Position numbers and translations under genes: made by a program | The notes under the pieces: model-generated | Told to the model about the DNA's origin: nothing | The model's input: the letters and a program-made list of their open reading frames with translations, nothing else | Database searches by the model: none | DNA from: Candidatus Dormiibacterota bacterium | Lineage (GTDB): Bacteria > Chloroflexota > Dormibacteria > Aeolococcales > Bog-877 | Direction: 5' to 3' | Assembly: GCA_027319585.1 (NCBI GenBank) | Contig: DAHVMY010000001.1 | Coordinates: forward strand, 70,192-134,191 | Length of the DNA stretch: 64,000 nt | In this document: piece after piece, positions 1 through 8,663 of the stretch | Position numbering within the stretch: the stretch's first letter is position 1 | How the letters are laid out: each line of letters opens with the position of its first letter

Positions 1-990
1 GACTGGGTGGTGCCGGTCCTCGAGTCTGGGTTGACGCCGGTTGTGCTGTTCGAGGAGTGGCACACCGCCGGTTGGGCGCGCACGGTCTCGGACGTGCTGT
101 GGCGTCAGGGGCTGCGCGAGCGCTGCCTCCTGGTTTGGAACGCCAACAACCAGTTCGGCTTCGAGGTTATCGACTGGCGGGCGCTCGCCTACACCGCCTC
201 CGTCACCACCGTGAGCCGCTACATGCGGGTGCTGGTGCAGGCGCGCGGGGTCGATCCTCTGGTCATTCCCAACGGCATCCCCAGGGCCGCTCTGGACCGT
301 CCCAAGGCATCCTCAGTCAGCCTGTTGCGGCATGCCGGGGGAGACCGGGCGACGATCTTGAAGATCGGACGGTTCCACCCCGACAAGCGCTGGCAGCAGG
401 CGATCCGGGCGTTGGCGGTCCTCCGGCGGGCCGGAGCGCCGGTGCGGATGCTGGCCCGGGGCGGCGGGGAGGCGTATGGCCGCCAGCTGATGGCCGAGGC
501 GGCCGACCTCGGACTGGCCGTGGTGCGGTGGGACTCCCCCATCCGGGATGCGCGGGAGCTGGCCGCGGCGCTGCGGGCCAACCCCGACAGCGACCTGATC
601 GAGCTGGCGACATTTCTGCCGGAGAGCCTGCTGCCGATCATGTACGCCTCCGCGGTGGCGGTGCTGGCCAACTCCGGATTCGAGCCCTTTGGCCTGGTGG
701 GCTTGGAGACGATGGCGGCCGGCGGGGTCGCGGTGGTCGGGGCCACCGGCGAGGACTACGCCCGCCATCTGCGGAACTCCTTGGTGGTCCAGACCGACGA
801 CCCGGGGGAGCTGGCTCAGCTGGTCATGCGACTTCTGCGCGAGCCCCGGCTGGGAGGCTCGCTGCGGCGGAGCGGACGGGCGACGGCGCGCACGTTCACC
901 TGGGACGAGGTCATCTGCTCGGACCTCCTGCCACTCCTGCCGCTGATGGCCCGCCGGCAGATGGCGCGCTGGCCAGAGCCTGACCTTTGA
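1..990 (+). CDS. Glycosyltransferase, GT-B fold / family-4-like; 5' end cut by the window edge
   Basis: Frame 1 is open from base 1 (gac tgg gtg gtg...). The 7..990 translation has the GT4 C-terminal signature (..ELATFLPESLLPIMYASAVAVLANSGFEPFGLVGLETMAAGGVAVVGATGEDY..). The TGA stop is at 988-990. Confidence 0.7.
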   Translation, partial: DWVVPVLESGLTPVVLFEEWHTAGWARTVSDVLWRQGLRERCLLVWNANNQFGFEVIDWRALAYTASVTTVSRYMRVLVQARGVDPLVIPNGIPRAALDRPKASSVSLLRHAGGDRATILKIGRFHPDKRWQQAIRALAVLRRAGAPVRMLARGGGEAYGRQLMAEAADLGLAVVRWDSPIRDARELAAALRANPDSDLIELATFLPESLLPIMYASAVAVLANSGFEPFGLVGLETMAAGGVAVVGATGEDYARHLRNSLVVQTDDPGELAQLVMRLLREPRLGGSLRRSGRATARTFTWDEVICSDLLPLLPLMARRQMARWPEPDL

Positions 991-2195
991 ACTCAGCCGC
1001 TGCATCTCGGCCGACGCGGAGCGTCGGTTTGGGGCTGTTCGTGGTCACCTTCTGGATTGGCTTCAACCTGCGGGCGGCCATCCTGGGGGTCCCCCCGGTT
1101 CTCTCGGTGGTGAAGGGGGATCTTCAACTCAGCTACACCGAGGTCGGATTGCTGAGCGGCATTCCCATCCTCGCCTTCGGCCTGATGGCGTTGCCGTCGT
1201 CGGCGCTGGTGCGCCGCTGGGGCGGGTACGCGGTGGTCGGTGCGGGCCTGGCCCTGGCTGCGGGCGGTGAGCTGCTGAGGATCGTGCCGAAGGCAGGTCC
1301 GCTGCCCCTGTTCGTAGGAACCGGGCTCATGGGGATCGGCATCGCGCTCACCCAACCTGGCCTTCCCGCCCTCTTCCAGGCGTGGTTCCGCACCCATGTG
1401 CAGCAGGCGTCCGTGACCCTCACCTTGGGGATCACGGTCGGGGAGATGGTGGCGGCCAGCGTCTCGCGCCCCATCCTGTACGGGTCCCTCGGCAGCTGGC
1501 AGGGGACCATGATGGTCTGGGGTCTGTGCGGGTTGAGCTGTGTCGGGGTGTGGGTCTGGGCGGTGCCCCGGGTGCGTGTCGGTCTGGCGGCGGGTGCGGG
1601 CTGGGACCTTCGGCCCTTGATCCGGTCATTCCCACTGTGGTCCATATACCTGTGCTTTGGCGGGCAGTCGCTGGTCTTCTTCGCCGCCAACACCTGGATT
1701 CCGACCTCGGTCCCGGGGGGGCCGCACTCGGCTCTCGCCAGCTGGTGCCTGGCAACCCTCAACGGGGTCATGATTCCGGTCGATCTGGGGCTCATCCTGT
1801 GGCGGCGCAGCTTCGCGACCCGCGGCAGCTACTACCTGGCGAGCGGTCTGATCACCCTGGCCGGGACCCTGGGCTGGTTCCTGTTCGCCTCCACAGCCCC
1901 GCTGCTGTTCGCCGGCCTGATGGGGGTCGGGGTGGCTTTGAACTTCGCGGGCCTGCTTGCCTACCCGCCGCTGGTGGCGGCTCCGGGTCGGGTGGCGCCG
2001 CTCACGGCGGTGATGCTGACCGTCGGCTACGTCTGTGCCTTCTGCGGTCCGTTCCTGGGAGGGCTGGCGCTGGACGCGGGCGGGGGGGTGCGCTCCCCGT
2101 TCCTCCCCATCGTGGCGGCCTCCGTCATGATGGTGTTCGCGGCCCGGGGCGTGCGTTCTGAGGTGCCCGGTCCGCTGGCGGTTTCCACGGGCTGA
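987..2195 (+). CDS. MFS-type transporter (CynX/MFS_1-like), about 12 hydrophobic helices
   Basis: The 402-aa ORF is almost entirely hydrophobic segments separated by short R/G loops. The TTG start overlaps the upstream stop (TTGA). GC3-rich codon usage. The family call is by overall architecture only. Confidence 0.6.
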   Translation: MNSAAASRPTRSVGLGLFVVTFWIGFNLRAAILGVPPVLSVVKGDLQLSYTEVGLLSGIPILAFGLMALPSSALVRRWGGYAVVGAGLALAAGGELLRIVPKAGPLPLFVGTGLMGIGIALTQPGLPALFQAWFRTHVQQASVTLTLGITVGEMVAASVSRPILYGSLGSWQGTMMVWGLCGLSCVGVWVWAVPRVRVGLAAGAGWDLRPLIRSFPLWSIYLCFGGQSLVFFAANTWIPTSVPGGPHSALASWCLATLNGVMIPVDLGLILWRRSFATRGSYYLASGLITLAGTLGWFLFASTAPLLFAGLMGVGVALNFAGLLAYPPLVAAPGRVAPLTAVMLTVGYVCAFCGPFLGGLALDAGGGVRSPFLPIVAASVMMVFAARGVRSEVPGPLAVSTG

Positions 2196-2243
2196 TTCGG
2201 GAATCCCACCTTGCCACTGGAGGATCGAGCGGTGAACAGAGCG

Positions 2244-2876
2244 ATGAAGAGCCCGAAGTGGGACTTCGAAGGCGAGGTCCTGGTGCGGACCTGTCGGGTC
2301 GGCCCCCTGGACAACGCTGCCTACGTGGTGGCCTGCCCGAAGACCGGAGCCGCGGTGTTGATCGACGCAGCGGACGAGGCGGAGCGGCTGATCGAGGCGA
2401 TTGGTGACCTGAACCTGGTGGCGGTGCTGGAGACGCATGGCCACGCCGACCACTGGCAGGCGCTCGGTGCGGTCCGGGAAACCTTCGGCACCGCCTGGGT
2501 CGGCGCCCACCCCGCAGATCTGGCGATGTTCCCGCCGCCCCCGCCGGGCCACCACTTCCACCATGGGGAGGAGATCGCATTCGGCAATTCCCGGCTGCGG
2601 GTGCTCCACACCCCGGGGCACACGCCGGGCAGCGTCTGCTTCCTCGGCCCCGATGTGGTGTTCACCGGTGACACCCTGTTTCCCGGCGGGCCGGGCGCCA
2701 CGCGCCCTCCGCTGGGGGACTTCCCCACCATCCTGAGCAGCATCCGGAACGAGCTGATGGGGCTGGATTCCGCGACCATCGTCTATCCCGGCCACGGCGA
2801 CCCGACCACCATCGGAGCCGAGGTGGCGACGTTCGAGGAGTGGGAGAGAAGGGGGGGAGTCGCGCGGCCGAGCTGA
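2244..2876 (+). CDS. MBL-fold metallo-hydrolase (glyoxalase II / hydroxyacylglutathione hydrolase-like)
   Basis: Metallo-beta-lactamase motif THGHADHW, followed by HTPGHTPGS and the GDTLF motif. ATG at 2244 (MKSPKWDF...) is preferred over the upstream TTG at 2211. Confidence 0.75.
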   Translation: MKSPKWDFEGEVLVRTCRVGPLDNAAYVVACPKTGAAVLIDAADEAERLIEAIGDLNLVAVLETHGHADHWQALGAVRETFGTAWVGAHPADLAMFPPPPPGHHFHHGEEIAFGNSRLRVLHTPGHTPGSVCFLGPDVVFTGDTLFPGGPGATRPPLGDFPTILSSIRNELMGLDSATIVYPGHGDPTTIGAEVATFEEWERRGGVARPS

Positions 2877-2951
2877 GATCCCCGAGACTCGGGCGGGACA
2901 CCGGGCGGCGGGCGAAGGTGCCGCCCAGCTGGGCACCGCTGCGAGCTGGGC

Positions 2952-3551
2952 TCAGAAGGGAAGCGCGGCCTGCGGGTGCAGGAAGGTGAGGCGGTGGTGG
3001 GGAGACGGTCCTCGCTCGGCGATGGCTCTCATGTGGGCCGCGCTGCCGTATCCCTTGTTGGCAGCCCAGGAGTAACCCGGGCACTCTCGGTCCAGCTCCT
3101 CCATCAGGCGGTCGCGATGCACCTTGGCGACGATGGACGCGGCCGAGATGGCCGGCACCAGGTCGTCGCCTCCGATCACGGAACGGTAGGTTCGAGTGGT
3201 CGAGAGGCGCAGGTTGCCATCGACCAGATACCTGTCGGCGACCATCGCTCCCAGCAACTGCTCGAAGGCGTGCCGGTTGGCCCAACCGATTCCCAGTTGG
3301 TCGATCTCCTGGCAGCCGACCTCGATGACCATCATCTGCTCGGCCGCCTCGCGGATGACCGGGTCCAGCTTGCCGCGCTGGGAAGCCGTCAGCCGTTTGC
3401 TGTCGCGCAAGAGGGGGTGTGCGAAGTCGGCCTTGAGCACCACGGCCGCCGCCACCAAGGGGCCGGCGAGGGCTCCGCGGCCGACCTCATCGAGACCGCA
3501 GATCCTTGCGGCGAGAACTATTGCCCCACCACCACCGGCTCGTCCAATCAC
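2952..3551 (-). CDS. rnhB: Ribonuclease HII
   Basis: N-terminal GLDEVGRGALAGPLVAAAVV (catalytic DE motif), plus ..DSKRLTASQR.. and IVAKVHRD..GYGS, typical of RNase HII. Length 199 aa. Confidence 0.9.
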   Translation of the reverse strand: MIGRAGGGGAIVLAARICGLDEVGRGALAGPLVAAAVVLKADFAHPLLRDSKRLTASQRGKLDPVIREAAEQMMVIEVGCQEIDQLGIGWANRHAFEQLLGAMVADRYLVDGNLRLSTTRTYRSVIGGDDLVPAISAASIVAKVHRDRLMEELDRECPGYSWAANKGYGSAAHMRAIAERGPSPHHRLTFLHPQAALPF

Positions 3552-3658
3552 TTCTGGTCAGTGTAGTCAGGGCCGCGATTCGGAGGGTCCCTCGCGGTGA
3601 ATAACCGCACCGGCAGGAGAGCCGTCGCAGTCTGTTTGCTCGGGTGGAGGCTCCAGGG

Positions 3659-3664
3659 ATAGAA
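3659..3664 (+). promoter_or_regulatory. Candidate -10 hexamer TAGAAT upstream of the S53 peptidase gene
   Basis: A TAGAAT hexamer sits in the rnhB/peptidase divergent intergenic region, about 50 nt upstream of ATG 3716. No clear -35 was seen. Confidence 0.3.
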
Positions 3665-3715
3665 TCGCCGCAGGCAGCCGGGGGGGAGTGCATAGGTCCG
3701 GGCTTGTGGAGGGCA

Positions 3716-5389
3716 ATGACCGTGTCAACAAGACTCCTGCGGCGTTTGGGGGTTTTCCTGGGAGCGAGCGGTCTGATCCTGGCCAGCGTTGGGATGGCGG
3801 GTTTGTCAGGCACAGACACGGCGGGCGCACCACCGGGTCTCCACCAAGAGAGATCACCCGGGCTGGTGCCCTCGACCGCGGCGGCCGGGCTCGTCCCGCA
3901 GCTCGTCACCCTGCCGGATGTTCCCGGTCTTTTCACATCTCACCGGACAGCGGCGACAGCGTGCACCCTGCCCGACGGCACTGACGTCAGCTACTTCCAC
4001 TGCTACACTCCGCAGCAAATCCGGGATGCCTACCAGGTGAATGGGGTGGACTTGAAGGGTGGCCTTCCGGACTACGGACAGGGGCAGACGATCGTGCTGG
4101 TTGACGCCTACGGAAGCCCCACCGCGGCTCAGGATCTATACCACTTCCATAAGACCTTCTTCCCCAGTCTTCCGGCCCCCGACTTCCAGCAGATCTTTCC
4201 CCAGGGCGACCCCCAGTACCACAACAGCTCACATGGGGTGGGCTTGGCCGGATCGAACGGGGCTGCGGGATGGTCCGGGGAGGCCACCCTGGACATGGAG
4301 TGGGCCTATTCAATCGCCCCAGAGGCGCACATCATCCTGATGGCGGTGCCCCCGTCCGAAACTGAAGGAGTCCAGGGGTTCCCTAACCTTTTCAAGGCGA
4401 TCTCTGCTGAGATCAGTGCGACGCCCGAGGGTACCGTCTTCTCCATGTCATTCGCCGCCACCGAGCAGACGTTTGGCGGGGCGGCGGCAGCACAGGTGGC
4501 TCGGTTCGACCAGGTCTTCAAGAAGGGTCTGGCCCGGAAGGACAACTTCTTCGCGGCAGCCGGGGACACCGGGACATCCAATTCCAGCAAGGTTCACGAG
4601 GAGAGCGTTTCCTATCCCTATCCGACGGTCTCCTGGCCAGCCAGCTCCCCATACGTGGTCGCGGTGGGGGGCACGCAACTCCAGTACGGCTGGACCTGGG
4701 ATCCGACCAGCGACACCGCGTTCACGCCGGGACTGAACGGCACCGTCAAGTTCAACCCCGATTACTGGGCAGCCACTTCCGGGGGGGACAGCCAAGCCGT
4801 CTGGAACGAGTCATGGGCGCCCGTGGCTACCGGTGGGGGAGCAAGCTCGATCTATGCGCGCCCAGGTTGGCAGGCGTCGGTCGCTCCTCAGTACGGTGAC
4901 CATCGGCTAGTCCCGGACACCTCCTGGAACGCGGCGGTCAACGGTGGGGTGGACGTTTACATCACAGCCTATCCTGAGTACAACTGTGGCAATTCGACCG
5001 GCTGCTGGACGATCTACGGCGGCACCTCGGCTGCCACCCCGCAGACCGCGGCGCTGGTAGCCCTCACGAATGCGGCTCGTGAGTCGTTCGGCAGGGGCCC
5101 GCTTGGCTTCCTTGATCCGTTGCTGTACAAGATGGGATCCCAGCTCTACGGCGGCCAGAACCCGGCCTATCAGGACATAGTCCCGGAACAGTACGGCTCA
5201 GCGCCGGCGAGTTTCGCCGGCAGCGAGGTGGACGTAACCGGATCCGTCATGAAGTCCGTGGGCACGTTGGAGGACAACCAGCTCTGGCAGGTTCCAACTC
5301 CTGGATATGCCACCACCACCGGGTACGACCCCACGACCGGCTGGGGCGCCCCGATAGCTCCGGGCTTCGTGGCGGCGCTGGGCGGTTAG
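3716..5389 (+). CDS. Secreted serine peptidase, S53 (sedolisin / pro-kumamolisin-like) family
   Basis: Signal-peptide-like N-terminus from ATG 3716 (MTVSTRLLRRLGVFLGASGLILASVG), preceded by GGAGGG. Pro-domain motif YTPQQIRDAYQV. Catalytic-serine context GGTSAATPQTAALVAL. Confidence 0.7.
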   Translation: MTVSTRLLRRLGVFLGASGLILASVGMAGLSGTDTAGAPPGLHQERSPGLVPSTAAAGLVPQLVTLPDVPGLFTSHRTAATACTLPDGTDVSYFHCYTPQQIRDAYQVNGVDLKGGLPDYGQGQTIVLVDAYGSPTAAQDLYHFHKTFFPSLPAPDFQQIFPQGDPQYHNSSHGVGLAGSNGAAGWSGEATLDMEWAYSIAPEAHIILMAVPPSETEGVQGFPNLFKAISAEISATPEGTVFSMSFAATEQTFGGAAAAQVARFDQVFKKGLARKDNFFAAAGDTGTSNSSKVHEESVSYPYPTVSWPASSPYVVAVGGTQLQYGWTWDPTSDTAFTPGLNGTVKFNPDYWAATSGGDSQAVWNESWAPVATGGGASSIYARPGWQASVAPQYGDHRLVPDTSWNAAVNGGVDVYITAYPEYNCGNSTGCWTIYGGTSAATPQTAALVALTNAARESFGRGPLGFLDPLLYKMGSQLYGGQNPAYQDIVPEQYGSAPASFAGSEVDVTGSVMKSVGTLEDNQLWQVPTPGYATTTGYDPTTGWGAPIAPGFVAALGG

Positions 5390-5416
5390 CCGGGCCGACC
5401 GCGGTCCGGTCCCATG

Positions 5417-5443
5417 GAGGGCGGGAGTTCGACTCCCGCCCTC
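5417..5443 (+). terminator. Perfect 11-bp GC-rich hairpin (GAGGGCGGGAG-ttcga-CTCCCGCCCTC) after the peptidase gene
   Basis: Inverted repeat read directly: 5417-5427 pairs with 5433-5443, 28 nt after the 5389 stop. There is no U-tract, so intrinsic-terminator function is only inferred. Confidence 0.35.
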
Positions 5444-5471
5444 GGTCGCGTGAGTCCGCTGGCGCCCCTTC

Positions 5472-5477
5472 TATACT
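5472..5477 (+). promoter_or_regulatory. Candidate -10 hexamer TATACT, 8 nt upstream of the carboxyltransferase ATG (leaderless-type arrangement)
   Basis: TATACT at 5472-5477, ATG at 5486, and no Shine-Dalgarno between them. Confidence 0.35.
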
Positions 5478-5485
5478 CAAGTCGC

Positions 5486-7057
5486 ATGACTGAGAGTTCG
5501 CCTGCCGCGCGTCCCAGTCTGGCGCTGAACAGGCGGTCGCAGTTGAAGGCCCGACAGGACCGGGCCAGGCTGGGGGGACCGGAGAAGTACCGGCAGCGGT
5601 TGCCGACGCAGCACAAGCTCCCGGTCCGAGAGCGGCTGGCCCTGCTCTTCGACCCCAAGACCCCCTTCATCGAGGACGGGCTCCTGGCCAACTCCGAGAA
5701 CCCTGAGGAGATGGGGGCCGATGGGGTGGTAACCGGCATCGGGGTGGTCCACGGTCGCCGGGTGGCGGTGATGGCAAACGATCCGACGGTGAAGGCTGGT
5801 TCGTGGGGCCCCCGCACCGTGGAGAAGATTCTGCGCATTCAGGAACGCGCCGAGCACCTGCAGATCCCGCTCTGCTACCTGGTCGACTCGGCCGGGGCCA
5901 GGATCACCGAGCAGGTCGACATGTTCCCCGGGCGGCGCCACGCCGGCCGCATCTTTCACAACCAGGTCCGGCTGAGCGGGCAGGTGCCCCAGCCTTGCGT
6001 GCTGTTCGGCCCGAGTGCTGCGGGTGGGGCCTACATCCCCGCCTTCTGTGACGTGGTCTTCATGGTCGAAGGCAACGCCTCCATGTATCTGGGCTCACCC
6101 CGGATGGCTGAGGAGGTGGTGGGGGAGAAGGTCACCCTGGAGGAGATGGGCGGGGCGAGGATGCACTGCACCGTCTCCGGTTGCGGCGACCTCCTGGCAC
6201 CCGACGAGCGTTCGGCGCTGGCGGCGCTGCGCGACTATCTCGCCTTCTTCCCGCCCAACTGGGCCACGGACCCGCCACCGGTGGCGCCGCGACCGCCGGC
6301 CGCCCGCGAGGATCTGGGCGACCTGATCCCCGAGGAGTCGGCTCGGGGCTACGACGTGCATCAGATCCTGGATGCCCTGTTCGACGCTGGCTCGTTCTTC
6401 GAGATCAAGCAGCTCTACGCCCGCGAGCTGGTGTGTGGGCTGGCTCGTCTGGGGGGGCGCGCGGTGGGGGTGGTGGCCTCCCAGCCCGCGCATCAGGGGG
6501 GCGTTCTGTTCGTCGACTCGTCCGACAAGGCGGCACGATTCATCAGCCTCTGCGACGCCTTCGGGATACCCCTGGTATTCCTGGCCGACGTCCCCGGCTT
6601 CATGATCGGGTCCGCGGTCGAACGGGATGGGATCATCAGGCACGGGGCCAAGATGATCGCGGCCCTGAGCTCCGCCACCGTGCCCCGCTTCTGCGTGGTC
6701 CTGCGCAAGGCGTATGGGGCGGGCCTTTATGCGATGAGCGGTCCTGGGTTCGAGCCGGAGGCGACCCTGGCCCTGCCAACAGCGGAGATCGCGGTGATGG
6801 GCCCGGAGGCCGCGGTGAACGCGGTCTACGCGAACCGGATCGCGGCCCTGCCGGAGGCCGAGCGGGCCGATTTCGTCCGCCGGATGCGGGAGGAGTACGC
6901 TGAGGGCATCGACGTGTTCCGGCTGGCGTCCGACCTGGTGATCGACGCCATCGTCGATCCCGACTCAATTCGTGATGAGCTGCTCGCCCGGCTGGCGGCG
7001 GCGGGCTCGCGGCGCCGCCCTGAGCCGGCCCGCAAGCACGGTGTCTTTCCGGTTTGA
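5486..7057 (+). CDS. Acyl-CoA carboxylase carboxyltransferase (beta) subunit (propionyl-/methylcrotonyl-CoA carboxylase type)
   Basis: Carboxyl_trans features: ..GVVTGIGVVHGRRVAVMANDPTVKAGSWGP.., GPSAAGGAYIPAFCD, and LADVPGFMIGSAVERDGIIRHGAKM. The start was moved to ATG 5486 because the hairpin and -10 lie inside the longer ORF. Confidence 0.85.
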   Translation: MTESSPAARPSLALNRRSQLKARQDRARLGGPEKYRQRLPTQHKLPVRERLALLFDPKTPFIEDGLLANSENPEEMGADGVVTGIGVVHGRRVAVMANDPTVKAGSWGPRTVEKILRIQERAEHLQIPLCYLVDSAGARITEQVDMFPGRRHAGRIFHNQVRLSGQVPQPCVLFGPSAAGGAYIPAFCDVVFMVEGNASMYLGSPRMAEEVVGEKVTLEEMGGARMHCTVSGCGDLLAPDERSALAALRDYLAFFPPNWATDPPPVAPRPPAAREDLGDLIPEESARGYDVHQILDALFDAGSFFEIKQLYARELVCGLARLGGRAVGVVASQPAHQGGVLFVDSSDKAARFISLCDAFGIPLVFLADVPGFMIGSAVERDGIIRHGAKMIAALSSATVPRFCVVLRKAYGAGLYAMSGPGFEPEATLALPTAEIAVMGPEAAVNAVYANRIAALPEAERADFVRRMREEYAEGIDVFRLASDLVIDAIVDPDSIRDELLARLAAAGSRRRPEPARKHGVFPV

Positions 7058-7070
7058 AGAGGTATTCGCA

Positions 7071-8252
7071 TTGACATCGAGATCTGCTCCTCTGCTTCTC
7101 ATCCCCGGTCCCACCCCGGTGCCGCAGCCGGTCCTGGAAGCGCTGGCGCGGCCGACTGAGAGCCACAGCAGCGCAGTGACCGGTGCCGCTCTGCGGCGGC
7201 TCCAGGAAGGGGTGGCGCAGGCGGTTGGGGCTCAGCCGACCGGAAAGGACGGGGCGTTGGTGCTGGTCCTGGCCGGCAGCGGGACCCTGGCGCTCGAGTG
7301 TGGGGTTGTCAACCTGGTGCCCCCGGGGGAGAAGCTTCTGGTCGTCAGCCACGGGCTGTTCGGCGATCGCTATGCCGCCGTGGGCCGGGCCATTGGGGCC
7401 GAGGTCGAGGTGGTGGAGTGCCCGTGGGGGGAGCAGGTGCCTGCCGAGCGGGTGGAGGCCGCCCTCAAGTCCTCCGGGGCCAAGGTCATGGCGGCCACCC
7501 ACGTGGACACTGCGACGGGGGTGGTCTCGCCCTATCGTGATTACGCGCGCATCGCAGGTGAGCTCGGGGTCACCATGGTGCTGGATGCCGTGGCCACGGT
7601 GGGAGGTATGCCCGTGGACATGACCGAGAACGGGATCGACGTGGTGCTGACGGCCTCCCAGAAGGCGCTGGGGATGCCCCCGGGCCTGGCGATCCTGGTG
7701 GTGTCGCCCCGGGCTCTCGAGTTGCGCCGTCGGCTCGGCGGCTGCCGCAGCTACTTCCTGGACTGGCTCAACTGGGAGGCGACCATGGGCGACCCCGAGG
7801 GACGGTACTTCGCCACTTTGCCCACCAACATGATCGTGGCCGGCAAGGCGGCGGCTGACCTGGCCATCGCCGAGGGCTGGGAGAACCGTTTTCGTCGGCA
7901 CCGCCGGATGGCCCGGTCAGCGCGACGCGGGCTGCGCGCCATCGGGCTGCACCCCCTGGCGGAGGAGGCGGTTCTGGGGGCGACCGTCACGGCGACCGGC
8001 GTCCCGGAGGGGATCAGCCCGACCGACCTGCGGGTGGAGGTGGCCAAGGATGGGGTCGCGATCGCCGGCGCGATCGGGAAGTGGGCGCCGCTGGGAGTCC
8101 GGTTTGGCCACATGGGGGCCGCCGACCTACCGGACCTGCTGCAGGGGATGGCCGCCGTCGAGGCGGCCCTGGCCCGGCTGGGCGCACCGGTGGAACGGGG
8201 GGCTGGGGTCGCCGAGCTGGTGACCGGCTGGGGGGAGGAGCTGCCCGCCTAG
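7071..8252 (+). CDS. Class-V pyridoxal-phosphate aminotransferase (serine-pyruvate / alanine-glyoxylate aminotransferase-like)
   Basis: N-terminal LLLIPGPTPVP motif. The lysine context TASQKALGMPPG marks the PLP-Lys region. TTG 7071 is preceded by GAAGAGG at the right spacing. The ATG at 6972 would overlap the upstream gene by 86 nt. Confidence 0.8.
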   Translation: MTSRSAPLLLIPGPTPVPQPVLEALARPTESHSSAVTGAALRRLQEGVAQAVGAQPTGKDGALVLVLAGSGTLALECGVVNLVPPGEKLLVVSHGLFGDRYAAVGRAIGAEVEVVECPWGEQVPAERVEAALKSSGAKVMAATHVDTATGVVSPYRDYARIAGELGVTMVLDAVATVGGMPVDMTENGIDVVLTASQKALGMPPGLAILVVSPRALELRRRLGGCRSYFLDWLNWEATMGDPEGRYFATLPTNMIVAGKAAADLAIAEGWENRFRRHRRMARSARRGLRAIGLHPLAEEAVLGATVTATGVPEGISPTDLRVEVAKDGVAIAGAIGKWAPLGVRFGHMGAADLPDLLQGMAAVEAALARLGAPVERGAGVAELVTGWGEELPA

Positions 8253-8578
8253 ATCCGCACGAAGACCAGCCCATCCCGGACTCGGACGGGGTGCACCGGC
8301 TGGGCGGGTGAGCCCGGGGGGTAGTCGGCGCGACCGGTGCTCCACTCGTAGCGGAAGCGGTGCCAGGGGCAGACGATCTGGCCTCCGCGGAGCCAACCGG
8401 CTGAGAGCGGCGCGCCGGCGTGGACGCACTGGTCATCGAGCGCGGCTATCAGCGGACCGTGCCGAACCAAGCAAAGGCGCGACTGCCCGACAGTGGCCTG
8501 GCTCAAGCCCTCCGGGATCCGCTGCAGGGGCCCCAGGCAGTGCCACGCTGATGGCTGGGTCGGGTCGGCGGTGGTCAT
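8249..8578 (-). CDS. Rieske [2Fe-2S] domain protein (NirD-like small subunit)
   Basis: Rieske ligand motifs C-V-H (..DDQCVHAGAPL..) and C-P-W-H (..IVCPWHRFRY..). Length 109 aa. Confidence 0.8.
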   Translation of the reverse strand: MTTADPTQPSAWHCLGPLQRIPEGLSQATVGQSRLCLVRHGPLIAALDDQCVHAGAPLSAGWLRGGQIVCPWHRFRYEWSTGRADYPPGSPAQPVHPVRVRDGLVFVRI

Positions 8579-8663
8579 GCCCCGACGTTACCGAAGTGCG
8601 TTGAGCTCGTATCCGGGCGGCGTCGGCAGCCAGCGGTGGCTGCCCTAGACTGACCAACGAGCC

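Noticed and set aside
5411-5450. A T-arm-like sequence (GGGAGTTCGACTCCC), considered as a tRNA fragment or att-site relic.
   Set aside because: Only the hairpin is present. The stem pairs for 11 bp with a 5-nt loop, which is not tRNA geometry, and there is no acceptor, D or anticodon arm nearby. It is more simply a terminator-like hairpin.
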